NCBI GenBank assembly: GCA_963677895.2
Contig: CAXXGJ010000021.1
Span: forward strand, 65,736-129,735
Source of the DNA: Treponemataceae bacterium
GTDB lineage: Bacteria > Spirochaetota > Spirochaetia > Treponematales > Rectinemataceae
DNA length: 64,000 nucleotides
Reading direction: 5' to 3'
The notes under the pieces are model-generated. The model was given only the letters and a program-made list of their open reading frames with translations. It did not search any database and had not been told where the DNA came from. The stretch's first letter is position 1, and each line of letters starts with the position of its first letter. Made by a program: the position numbers and the translations under genes. Shown here one piece after another: positions 20,034-29,249 of the stretch.

Positions 20034-21128
20034 TTATCTTCTGTATGTGGGAATATAGAGCGGGCGTTTTACTACGACGGCGTCCTTGGGCTGGCCGCGG
20101 ATGATGACCTTGAGCGCCGTGCCCACCTTGTTGAACCCTGGCTCCACGAAGGCGTTGGCGGCGTATTTCTTGACCGTGGGACAGAACATGCCGGCGACGC
20201 ATCGCCCGACGATCTTTCCCGAAACGTCGGCCACATCGTAGCCTTCGCGCGGCACGCCGCCCGTGACGTCCAGGCCTACAAGCCTTCTCGAGAGCCCCTT
20301 CTCGGCGATCTCGGACAAAGCGGCCTTGCCGACGAATTCCTTGTCGAAATCGCAGGCCCACTTGAAGCCCGCCTCGAGGGCGTTGATGGCGGGGCTGATC
20401 TCGTGCCCGTGGAGCGGCATTCCCGCCTCGAAGCGCAAACTGTCCCTCGCCGCGAGTCCTATCGGCTTGGTCTCGATTCCGAGTGCCTCGCCTTTCTCCA
20501 TGAGGAAGTTCCAGAGAAATTCGGCCTTGGCCGCGGGGAAGAAAAGCTCGCCGCCATCCTCGCCCGTATAGCCTGTCCTGCCGAAAAGCACGGGAACGCC
20601 GGCGATGTCGATATTGCCCCAGGTAAAACGCTCGAGGGCGGAGACGGCCGGGGAACCGACGGCATCGAGAAGCTCGATGGCCTTAGGACCCTGGACCGCT
20701 ATCATGTAGGTATCATCCGACCTGTCGACGATCTTGACGCTCTTGTCGGCATGGGAGGTGAACCAGGCCAGATCCGTCTCGCGGTTGGACGCGTTGACGA
20801 CGATCCACCAGGAATTGGGCATGCGATAGATGAAAAGGTCGTCGAGTACCAAGCCCTTCTCGTCGAGAAGGAGGGAATAGCGCGCCATGGGGGGAACCAT
20901 ATCCAGGATCTTCGCGCTGACGAGACCGGAAACGAAAGCGTCGGCGCCAGGGCCCGAAACCTCGAATTGACCCATATGGTCGATATCGAAGAGACCGACG
21001 GAACGCCTCGTTATGGCATGCTCCTCGATCGCTCCCGTGGCATAGGAAATAGGCATATCATAGCCGGCGAATGGCGCCATCTTGGCTCCGTGCCCCAGAT
21101 GCCAGCCGTGCAACGCTGTTGTGTTCGT
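20034..21128 (-). CDS. gcvT: Glycine cleavage T protein (aminomethyltransferase); start is ACG at 21128 or TTG at 21113
   Basis: FAGYDMP, GLFDIDHMG, RTGYTGEDG, ARDSLRFEAG; GAGGAGG RBS 5 nt before an in-frame ACG. Confidence 0.93.
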   Translation of the reverse strand, partial: TNTTALHGWHLGHGAKMAPFAGYDMPISYATGAIEEHAITRRSVGLFDIDHMGQFEVSGPGADAFVSGLVSAKILDMVPPMARYSLLLDEKGLVLDDLFIYRMPNSWWIVVNASNRETDLAWFTSHADKSVKIVDRSDDTYMIAVQGPKAIELLDAVGSPAVSALERFTWGNIDIAGVPVLFGRTGYTGEDGGELFFPAAKAEFLWNFLMEKGEALGIETKPIGLAARDSLRFEAGMPLHGHEISPAINALEAGFKWACDFDKEFVGKAALSEIAEKGLSRRLVGLDVTGGVPREGYDVADVSGKIVGRCVAGMFCPTVKKYAANAFVEPGFNKVGTALKVIIRGQPKDAVVVKRPLYIPTYRR

Positions 21129-21177
21129 AGTAGCCTCCTCGTGAGGAATATATATATGCGGTGAAAAAATTATACCA

Positions 21178-21972
21178 TTAGAAACTGTTCCGCGAAAGCG
21201 GCTTCCCGATATAAACGCCCTCCCCTCCGAGATACTCCTTCAGTTTTCCCTCCACGAGAATTTGGACATCCTGAACCGAAGGAAAGGAGGTGGCCGTATA
21301 GACGATCTGCCTCAACTGGGCGGAAAATCCCTCGACGCCATAATGATTGTACATGAAGGGCTCGCTCAGGTCGATGATGGCGGTGCTGCCCCGAAGCGTT
21401 ATGCCCAGAAGTTTCGTGCCGCGCGGGATCAGGGAGACAAGGCCGCTTCGTATCTCTCCCTCGCTGGGTCCCGAAATGAGGGCGTTGATCGCGTCGCTAA
21501 GAGGCGAATCGCTCGCGGGAATGTTCCGTTTTACTTCGTGACGGGAAATCACGCCATCGTCTTCGATTTTGACGAAGAAAAGACTGGCTTGGCGAACCTG
21601 GACCTCGGGAGCCACACTCGTGCCAGTTTTTTTCTCAGCGGGCTTCGCGTCTATCACCGACGACGGAGGCGGCACAGGCAAGGATGTGGTGGAAGGCGCC
21701 GGTTCTTCGATGGCGGGCAGAGCGGCGTTGGGTACGGCGATGGGACGGACCGTCGAAGAAGGCGCTGGAGATTCGGTTTCCCGAGCCTTCGCCGGAGGCG
21801 TCGTCGTGGTAACCCGCTGCTTCACGAGGTTGAAGAAATTCGTACTGTCGAGGGTCGCCTTGATATCGGGGAATTTCACCGCGAAGATGACGACAAGTAT
21901 GATGATTCCCGCCAATAAAATGAGGCAGCCGATGTTGGAGCCGCGGGAAGATTTCTTTTTTCTCGATGCCAT
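21178..21972 (-). CDS. GerMN domain membrane-anchored protein
   Basis: N-terminal TM, Pro/Thr linker, ALISGPS...SLIPRGTKLL...QIVYTATSFPSVQDVQILVEG. Confidence 0.85.
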   Translation of the reverse strand: MASRKKKSSRGSNIGCLILLAGIIILVVIFAVKFPDIKATLDSTNFFNLVKQRVTTTTPPAKARETESPAPSSTVRPIAVPNAALPAIEEPAPSTTSLPVPPPSSVIDAKPAEKKTGTSVAPEVQVRQASLFFVKIEDDGVISRHEVKRNIPASDSPLSDAINALISGPSEGEIRSGLVSLIPRGTKLLGITLRGSTAIIDLSEPFMYNHYGVEGFSAQLRQIVYTATSFPSVQDVQILVEGKLKEYLGGEGVYIGKPLSRNSF

Positions 21973-21984
21973 GGTTAAAAAATA

Positions 21985-23094
21985 CTAGTGCCGGGAGGCT
22001 GAATGGTCAAGATGGAAAGGAGGAACCTTATCCGCTAACGTCATTTCCCCTCCCCCCTCCGCGATTTCGTATAAAGATAACCCCGCGAAAACGCCCTTCG
22101 CGCCATTCTCGATCCAGGCGACTTGCCTGCGATCGACGTTATGGATCTGAACGAGGCGGCCTCCGGCCCGCAGGGCATAAGCCCCCTGAACCGGACGGTG
22201 GCCGGAAATCCAGAGACTTAGCCGATCGTCGATCGAGGCCCCGAGCAAAACCTTGAGACTCTCGCTCACCGCGTTTTCCTCGGCCTGGCCATTCCCCGTC
22301 CAGATGAGCGCCTTCACGACATCGGCCCGTGCCCGATAGTCCAACAAGTCGGCTTCGCGGAGAGGGAAAGCCGGTTCGGCATGGCTTGCGCAGAACCAAT
22401 TCCCGACCGCGACGAGGGGAAGGAGGAGCTCGTAGCGCCTGATCGTCTTCATCAAGGCTTCGCCATAGCGCAGCCTGAACCACTCGGCGCCCATGGCTCC
22501 CTCGAGGGCGTATTTGAAGAAAGGAAAATCGCCATTTGTGCCCGAATTGCCTATATTGTCGTGATTTCCCTTGAGGCAGTGGAATTTTCCACCGAAACGC
22601 GCTTTCAGCGCCATGACAAGGCAGAGCGCCCCGAGGGAAGCGGCCATCTCCTCGTCCATCTCGGGGCTCAGTATTCCATTCAAACCCTGGCCCGATTCAA
22701 GGCTTTTGGCCGCCCCGCCCCACCTTTCCGCGCCCAAACGGCCTTCGCTGTGGAGGATGTCGCCCAGGCAGACGAGGGTGAGCCTGCCGTCCTGAATCAG
22801 ATCGACGAGGCGAGTCCTGGAATCGACAGGCGAAACCGAGCCGAGGAGATCGGCGAGCAGGCTGGATCGGGCATGCAGGTCAGACAGGATGGCGACATAG
22901 GGACTCGCGACGCGGACGAAACCGCCGGGTTCCTCCGAGGAAGACCGAGGGCGGATTTCCGGGGGCTCGGAGGAAAGGGCGAGAATGGCGGCTTCCGAAA
23001 ATTCCGCGAGCCTTGCCGGTTCAGGATATTCACGTCGACCGGCCAGGGAATGCGCGAGTTCCAGAATATCGCTCGCCGCGGATGCTGCGCTCAT
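21985..23094 (-). CDS. Calcineurin-like metallophosphoesterase
   Basis: SDLH, LGDILH, KGNHD, SHA and SGH metal-binding motifs; GAGGAGG RBS. Confidence 0.8.
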   Translation of the reverse strand: MSAASAASDILELAHSLAGRREYPEPARLAEFSEAAILALSSEPPEIRPRSSSEEPGGFVRVASPYVAILSDLHARSSLLADLLGSVSPVDSRTRLVDLIQDGRLTLVCLGDILHSEGRLGAERWGGAAKSLESGQGLNGILSPEMDEEMAASLGALCLVMALKARFGGKFHCLKGNHDNIGNSGTNGDFPFFKYALEGAMGAEWFRLRYGEALMKTIRRYELLLPLVAVGNWFCASHAEPAFPLREADLLDYRARADVVKALIWTGNGQAEENAVSESLKVLLGASIDDRLSLWISGHRPVQGAYALRAGGRLVQIHNVDRRQVAWIENGAKGVFAGLSLYEIAEGGGEMTLADKVPPFHLDHSASRH

Positions 23095-23122
23095 CGCGTC
23101 CCCTCCTCGAAATCCGACAAAC

Positions 23123-24409
23123 CTAGTTTTCGCTCTCCGCTTTCCTGATCCAATCCTGGGCGAGGACGTCATCGGGGTCGATGACGAGAGCGCTCTTGAA
23201 AAATCCGATGGCTTCGCCCTTTTTCCCCATTCTGTGGGCGAGCGCGCCGAGGTTTACGATTATCTTTACGTTCTCGGGTTCCAGGCGCAGAGCCCTTTCC
23301 AGGCTCGCGCGGGCTCCCGGAAGATCGTCAAGCTCGATCTGGCAGAGCGCCATCTCGTTGAAGGTATCGGTTTCCTGGGAGCCGAGGCTTATCGCCTTCG
23401 CGAAGGCTTCCTCACCTTCCTTCCAGTTGCCCAGCCTTCGGTTGGCCCATCCCACGAGGAACCAGCCGTTCCAAACATTCGGATATCGCCGCACGAATTC
23501 CCTGGCTCTGTCGAGACCTTTTTCTTCCTCACCCATCTGGATGAAGTCGTAGGCTTCCTTGAAGGTTGTGTCCAAATATCCCAGTTCCTCGAGTTTTTTC
23601 AGGATATCTTTCGCGCGTTGGATCTTCCCGCCGTCGTCGCTCAGGCCGATGAAACTGGTGAAGAGGGAGACGGCGCGGTCGAAGGATCTCTTGCGGACAA
23701 AAAAGAAGGCCGCGTGGTAATAGGCGGGCGCGAAAGGCGGTTCCATGGCCAAAAGCTTCCTGTAGCATTCGTAGGCGAGGTCGTCCTCTTCGTCGGCCTT
23801 ATCCTCCTGCGATTCCTCCTTGAAAAGCTTGGCGTGTTCCTCGCGCAGAAGGGCTAGATCGAGAAGGGGTTCGGGAACCTCCGGATAGAGCCCCACGAGG
23901 GCGAGAAAGATTTCTTCGGCGATATCCCATTCCTTGGACTGGGCCTTGGCGATGCCGGCGTCAGACAGCTCGGCCAGGAGGCCGGGCCTGATGGATTTCA
24001 CGAGATCGCGGTATTTGGATGCGGCTTTGTTCTCGGGCTGCCAGGCGAGCACCCTCAGGATGCCGGCGATGACGCTCTCGACATTCACCATGGAGGCGTC
24101 GAAACGGACGATGGGCCCGGCGGTCTGCACCGGGATGGTCGTTCCGGGGCCGATTCCCGCCAAGCCAAGGGCCTCGAGTGCCTGAGGAGGCAGCTGGACG
24201 AAGACAACCGAAGAAAGGGCCCTCTCGGCCCTTTCCTTGAGAAGCTCCGCGTGGGCGCCGGCGCCCGTCCGCCCCTCCCCCGCGACCCGTGCCCCGCCAT
24301 CGGGCGCCGGCGGCGCCTTGCGCCCCTCGCCCTTCGCCGTTTCGGATTTAGTCTTATTCAGTCGGAGAGGCGGCTTCGAGCCCGGCTCCCTGCGCGTGGA
24401 TTCCTTCAT
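23123..24409 (-). CDS. Tetratricopeptide repeat protein
   Basis: Multiple TPR-like helical repeats (e.g. ASLERALRLEPENVKIIVNLG); ATGA overlap with the upstream gene. Confidence 0.85.
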   Translation of the reverse strand: MKESTRREPGSKPPLRLNKTKSETAKGEGRKAPPAPDGGARVAGEGRTGAGAHAELLKERAERALSSVVFVQLPPQALEALGLAGIGPGTTIPVQTAGPIVRFDASMVNVESVIAGILRVLAWQPENKAASKYRDLVKSIRPGLLAELSDAGIAKAQSKEWDIAEEIFLALVGLYPEVPEPLLDLALLREEHAKLFKEESQEDKADEEDDLAYECYRKLLAMEPPFAPAYYHAAFFFVRKRSFDRAVSLFTSFIGLSDDGGKIQRAKDILKKLEELGYLDTTFKEAYDFIQMGEEEKGLDRAREFVRRYPNVWNGWFLVGWANRRLGNWKEGEEAFAKAISLGSQETDTFNEMALCQIELDDLPGARASLERALRLEPENVKIIVNLGALAHRMGKKGEAIGFFKSALVIDPDDVLAQDWIRKAESEN

Positions 24410-25185
24410 TTGCCTTCCTTCCATGGGAAAATCATGCCCTTCAACGTTCGCTCGCCCACCAGTTCCTTCTCCTCCTTGAGGAGCTCTTCCCAGGGAACAT
24501 GCTTTTTATCGGCCTGCGGATTCCGCTCCAGCCATTCGTACTTCATCATCCTGAGCTTCACGGCATCGGCCGAAGCCAGGGCCAGGCCGGCCATGCCCGG
24601 CGCCATGAAGGCCGTGAGCACGGAGACAATCAAGGTAACGACATTATAGAGAAAAAGGAAAACCGTAAAGCCGAGATTGTCCATCATGAGGATGAGCGCG
24701 ACCTTTACGTTCTTCCTGAATCCCCCTCCCCTGCGAACCAGGAGCGGAAGATAATACTGCGAGGCGAGAAGGGCAACGAGACAGGTCCAGAAAAGGAGAC
24801 TGGCCAGGAACAGGCCCAGGAAACCTTTCTGGGCAAGATAGAAGGGTATGCCCACCGTGAAGGAGAAGAACAGCGCCAGATTGAGGAGCCCGACGACGAG
24901 CCCCGATTTCCAGGATTTCCCGAAAAAGGCGAAGCTGGACTTGAATCCGGGAGACCTGTAATCAGAAACTCCGTCCATCGCGAAGGCCGAAACCGCCTGC
25001 CACTGCGATATGGCGAGAATGCCCAGGACGAGACAGGCGATGGATAGCGCGTCCCCGATTCCCAGGGAAAGCGGGAGCGCCATAAAGAGCATCGCCAGCG
25101 CGAGGTAGACGATGTTAAAGGCCGCCAGGGAGAAGAGATTGTCCCAGCCGTCGAAAAACGCTTTTTTGATGAAGAAACCAATCAT
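24406..25185 (-). CDS. Conserved hypothetical integral membrane protein (DUF624/YesL-like)
   Basis: About 6 TM helices; N-terminal FFIKKAFFDGWDN. Confidence 0.65.
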   Translation of the reverse strand: MIGFFIKKAFFDGWDNLFSLAAFNIVYLALAMLFMALPLSLGIGDALSIACLVLGILAISQWQAVSAFAMDGVSDYRSPGFKSSFAFFGKSWKSGLVVGLLNLALFFSFTVGIPFYLAQKGFLGLFLASLLFWTCLVALLASQYYLPLLVRRGGGFRKNVKVALILMMDNLGFTVFLFLYNVVTLIVSVLTAFMAPGMAGLALASADAVKLRMMKYEWLERNPQADKKHVPWEELLKEEKELVGERTLKGMIFPWKEGK

Positions 25186-25205
25186 ATAGTGTCTATACTA
25201 CCTTC

Positions 25206-25235
25206 TTGACCTTTGGGCAAGTAGATATGTATTGT
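25206..25235 (+). promoter_or_regulatory. Putative sigma70 promoter of the decarboxylase gene
   Basis: TTGACC-N18-TATTGT. Confidence 0.45.
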
Positions 25236-25333
25236 AGGTCTTGGATACGTCGCCGGACCCCGGTCTGACGCTCCGCCCGCCGATATTTCCTGGTTCGGCC
25301 GGGTCCAAACACACAGGTGAAAGGGGTACGGCA

Positions 25334-26512
25334 GTGAAAGATCAGTACCACTTCCCGCTCGAGAACTTCATCACGAAGGAACGCTTCGAGCGCATCAAGG
25401 CCTTTGCGGGAGACAAGGAAACCCCTTGCCTCATCATCGATCTGGACATCATCAAGAAGAATTACGAGGATCTCCGGAGATTTCTTCCCTTCGCGAAAAT
25501 ATTCTACGCGGTCAAGGCCAATCCGGACGACGCCGTCGTCTCCCTTCTGCGCGATCTGGGCTCGAGTTTCGACGTGGCGACCCGCTACGAGCTCGACCAG
25601 CTCCTGCGCCTCGGCGTGGAACCGGACAGAATGAGTTTCGGCAACACGATCAAGAAAGAGAAGGACATAGCCTATTTCTACGAAAAAGGCGTCCGGATCT
25701 TCGCCACCGACTCCATAACCGACGTGGACAAGATCGCCAGGGCGGCACCCGGCTCCAAGGTCTTCTTCAGGCTCCTCACCGAGGGCCTGGGCGCGGACTG
25801 GCCCCTCTCCAAGAAGTTCGGCTCCCACCCCGACCTCGCGCGCCAGCTCATCAAGACTGCTGTGCGCTTCGGCCTCCAGCCCTACGGCATCTCCTTCCAT
25901 CCCGGCAGCCAGCAGCGCGACGTGGGCCAGTGGTCCACGGCGCTGACCACGGTATCCCAGCTTTTCACCTGGGCGCGCGACGATCTGAAGGTCAACCTCA
26001 AGATGATCAACATGGGCGGCGGATTCCCGGCCAACTACGTGGAGCCGACGGATTCCCTCGGCCAGTACGCCGACGACATCAAGCGCTTTCTCGACAACTC
26101 CTTCAAGAACGATTGGCCCGAGGAAATCATCATCGAACCCGGCCGCTCGATGGCGGGCGATTCGGGCGTCATCGTCTCGGAAATCATCAATATCGCGAAA
26201 AAGTCGGTGCACGAGCGCTACCCCTGGGTTTTCCTCGACATCGGCAAGTTCGGCGGACTGATAGAGACGCTGGACGAAGCCATCAAGTATCCCATCTATT
26301 TCGAGGGCGAAGGCACGGCGGTGGACGTCATCCTGGCCGGACCCACCTGCGACTCGATGGATATCCTCTATGAGAAGACGCAGTACATGATGCCCGATCA
26401 GGCGCGTATCGGCGACAGGGTGTACATTCTCACGACGGGGGCTTACACGCAGAGCTATTCTTCCGTCTATTTCAACGGCTTTCCGCCCCTCAAGTCATAC
26501 ATTCTGAAGTGA
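25334..26512 (+). CDS. Type III PLP-dependent ornithine/lysine decarboxylase
   Basis: FYAVKAN, WPLSKKFG, ISFHPGSQ, NMGGGFP, IEPGR, AGPTCDSMD, GAYT. Confidence 0.9.
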   Translation: MKDQYHFPLENFITKERFERIKAFAGDKETPCLIIDLDIIKKNYEDLRRFLPFAKIFYAVKANPDDAVVSLLRDLGSSFDVATRYELDQLLRLGVEPDRMSFGNTIKKEKDIAYFYEKGVRIFATDSITDVDKIARAAPGSKVFFRLLTEGLGADWPLSKKFGSHPDLARQLIKTAVRFGLQPYGISFHPGSQQRDVGQWSTALTTVSQLFTWARDDLKVNLKMINMGGGFPANYVEPTDSLGQYADDIKRFLDNSFKNDWPEEIIIEPGRSMAGDSGVIVSEIINIAKKSVHERYPWVFLDIGKFGGLIETLDEAIKYPIYFEGEGTAVDVILAGPTCDSMDILYEKTQYMMPDQARIGDRVYILTTGAYTQSYSSVYFNGFPPLKSYILK

Positions 26513-27611
26513 GAGGCAGCCCACAGGCGCGATGGCGGTCGCTGGCGACCGCCGTCTTGAGCCTCCTGACCATCGCCGCGGTCGCTTTCCTTGTCGTCAG
26601 CGCCTTTACCGGCGCTCCCAAAAACGTTCTTCTCCAGGCGCAGGAAAATCCCGCGCCGGAAATCCAGCCTCCTTCGATCCCGGCTCCCCTAAAGCAGGAT
26701 ACTCCGAAGGCCGCGCCTACGGAGCCGGCCGCGCCGGCCGCGCAAGACGCCCCCGGCACCGTAGGCACGCTCGGCGCTGCCGACTCCAGCCTGCGCGTCG
26801 CTACCTGGAACGTCCGCGACTGCGCCGCACTGGACGCCGCCTCCAACTCCCGCGTCGCCCTCCATGACTATGTGGCGCGGTCGATAAAAGCCGCGCGCGC
26901 CGACATCATCGTCCTCGAGGAAATACAGTCGGACGAAAGCAAGGGCGGCGACATAGCCCTCCTCTCCGTGGCCCTCGCCCGCGAAGGCTGGGCCATGCCC
27001 TTCGTCGCCGTCGTCAACGCGAGGGGCGAGGACGACCTCGCCGTTTTTTCCCGCTACAGGATCGCCGATTACGGACCTGTCCTCGAACCCGCGAAGACCG
27101 ATCCATGGCCGCGTCCGGGCATCCGCGCGTCCATTCAGACAGGCTCAAGCTCCTTGGACCTTTACGGATTCCATTTTAAGGCCATGGGCGACGAAAAATC
27201 GGAAAAAGCGAGACGAGCCCAGGCCGAAGCCCTGGGCCTTCACCTGCTGGCCGCCTACGGCGAAGGGCTGACTTCCCGGGCCATCGTGCTCGCCGGGGAT
27301 TTCAACACGGCCAATGACTCCGATTTTCTCGCCGTGAGGCTTCGACGCTGAGCGCCCTCAGGCTGGCCGACGACGCGGACAAGTCCAACGATTTTCTCGA
27401 CGCGAACTACAGCTACCGCCAGGCCGAACCAACCTTCGTCGATTCCAGGTATTCGAGCATATTGGATCATGTCCTGATTTCGCCAATCCTCGCCGCGGGC
27501 TTCGATAAGAAAAATGTTGAAGTGATCAGGCCATCGCCGGGGCCGGGCAGGATCCCGACTTCCGACCACAACCTGGTCCTCGTCGAAATCTCTCTGCCCC
27601 GGGACAACTGA
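26509..27611 (+). CDS. Membrane-anchored endonuclease/exonuclease/phosphatase (frameshift near 27325-27345)
   Basis: ATWNV, VLEEIQ, HFKA and AGDFN in the first frame; LDHVLIS and SDHNLV in a second frame ending TGA at 27611. Confidence 0.8.
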
Positions 27612-27620
27612 GAAAAATCC

Positions 27621-28916
27621 TTATTTGACTAAAGCGACCGCCGTGGCGTAGATGGCGTCCAGAAGCGGGTCCACCTGTTCCTCCTCCACGCTCGAGAAGG
27701 CCACGCGCAGATATTTGTCCTGCATCGAAATGGTGCCGATGCCCAGCTTTTCGAGGAGATCCACCCTCAGCTTTTCGGCGGAAATGCCCTTGCAGAGGAA
27801 ACTCATGAAATAGCCTGAGTTGAAGGGAAGCGGCGCGATGCAGGCAGGCGCCGCGTGCGACGCGAAGTATTTCTTCATCGCTTTATAGCGGCCTTCAAGA
27901 ATTTCCCGGTAGCGAGCCTTCTGATCCTCGTAGCCGGGGAACTGGAGCGCCTTGAGCAGCAGGTTCTGGGCAAGTCCGCTCGAGCTCGACACCGAAGACC
28001 TGATGATGCCCAAAAGCTTTTTCACGAGGGCATCCTGCTGGGGTTCGGTAAGGCCCTTGCCGCCGAAGCTGACGAATCCGACCCTGAATCCCCAGACATA
28101 GTCTTCCTTGGTGGGACCGTCGGCCTTGACCGCGAGGATGTTCTCGTGGGCGTCGACGAGGCGCGCGAAGATGGATTCGCGCAGGAGGTTTTCCTCATAC
28201 TGGAGACCGAAATACGCGTCGTCGGCGATGACGAGAAGGTCGGTCCCTTCCTTGGCGATGGATACGAGCAGCTTGACGATGGCGTCGGCTTCCTTCAGCG
28301 TCAGGGAATAGCCCGTGGGATTGTTGGGGAAATTGAGCACACAGACGGCCTTTCCCCTGCGCGCGCCCGCGTCCCGCAGGCCCGCTTCCAGGCCGGCGAT
28401 ATTGTATCCGCCCTCGGCGAAAATCGGGAAGGTGAGCCCGGCGGCCATCTTCCTCTCCTCGATGATGAGCCTGTAGTTCGGCCAGTGGAGGTCGGGCACG
28501 ACGACCGTATCGCCCGGTTCGATGAACATATCGCTCAGGTAGGAGACCGCGGCGGTGAGTCCGGGAACGACGACGGGCAGGGAAAAGGATTTGCCTTTGA
28601 GGGAGGGATTTTTCTTGACCATGGCCGCTTTCCATTCATGGCGCAGGGCCATCACCCCGCCCGTGGACGCGTAGGCGACTGCCTCGTTGGGCGTGAGCGT
28701 GGGAAGCGCCTCGCGGAGGGCGTCGAGCATCATGGGTTCGCCCAGTTCATAGGCCATGCCGATGGTGGCGTTGTAGCGATGGGCTTTGGAGGTGGCTTCC
28801 GCGCTTTGCGTGAGGATTCCCTTGGGGAAATACATGCGGCGCCCCATTTCCGATAGAAGGCGGCTCGCCGCTGAATTGGAAAGGACGGCGTTGAGCTCTT
28901 CGGCCAGTTGATTCAT
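27621..28916 (-). CDS. Class I/II PLP aminotransferase
   Basis: NFPNNPTGY, IADDAY, DGPTKEDYVWGFRVG. Confidence 0.9.
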   Translation of the reverse strand: MNQLAEELNAVLSNSAASRLLSEMGRRMYFPKGILTQSAEATSKAHRYNATIGMAYELGEPMMLDALREALPTLTPNEAVAYASTGGVMALRHEWKAAMVKKNPSLKGKSFSLPVVVPGLTAAVSYLSDMFIEPGDTVVVPDLHWPNYRLIIEERKMAAGLTFPIFAEGGYNIAGLEAGLRDAGARRGKAVCVLNFPNNPTGYSLTLKEADAIVKLLVSIAKEGTDLLVIADDAYFGLQYEENLLRESIFARLVDAHENILAVKADGPTKEDYVWGFRVGFVSFGGKGLTEPQQDALVKKLLGIIRSSVSSSSGLAQNLLLKALQFPGYEDQKARYREILEGRYKAMKKYFASHAAPACIAPLPFNSGYFMSFLCKGISAEKLRVDLLEKLGIGTISMQDKYLRVAFSSVEEEQVDPLLDAIYATAVALVK

Positions 28917-28969
28917 CGTACGCTCCTGAGTCCGCGGAATCGGCTCCGATCCACGGAAATGATGGTAAA

Positions 28970-28998
28970 AGATTATGGGGCTTTCGGCCGTCTGTCAA
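28970..28998 (-). promoter_or_regulatory. Putative sigma70 promoter of the aminotransferase
   Basis: Minus strand TTGACA-N17-TAATCT. Confidence 0.5.
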
Positions 28999-29249
28999 GG
29001 AAGCCGGTGGTTTTTTGCCCCGCGCCGGACCACACGCAGAGGCCTGAGCCGACACCTAAGGCGGAGCCTTAGCCGGAACCCTAAGGCCAGCGGCCACCCG
29101 CCCCAAAAACTATTTTCATTTAGTAATCGCTATATATAGTACTTGTCATTATACATGGATACTTGTTATTATAATCGTGGATTTTATATCGATTGCATTA
29201 GAGCTGCCCTATATAGTGGCAAGCATATTATTGTAGTTGGAGGGTCATT

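Noticed and set aside
19929..21164. Long antisense ORFs (also 3812-5101, 27855-28856, 37306-38568, 44943-46232, 50664-51719, 62868-63959)
   Set aside because: Shadow ORFs opposite well-supported genes, expected from GC-rich codon usage; no recognisable motifs.
24256..24312. 12-bp inverted repeat in the TPR gene
   Set aside because: All-GC arms in a GC-rich coding region; plausible by chance.
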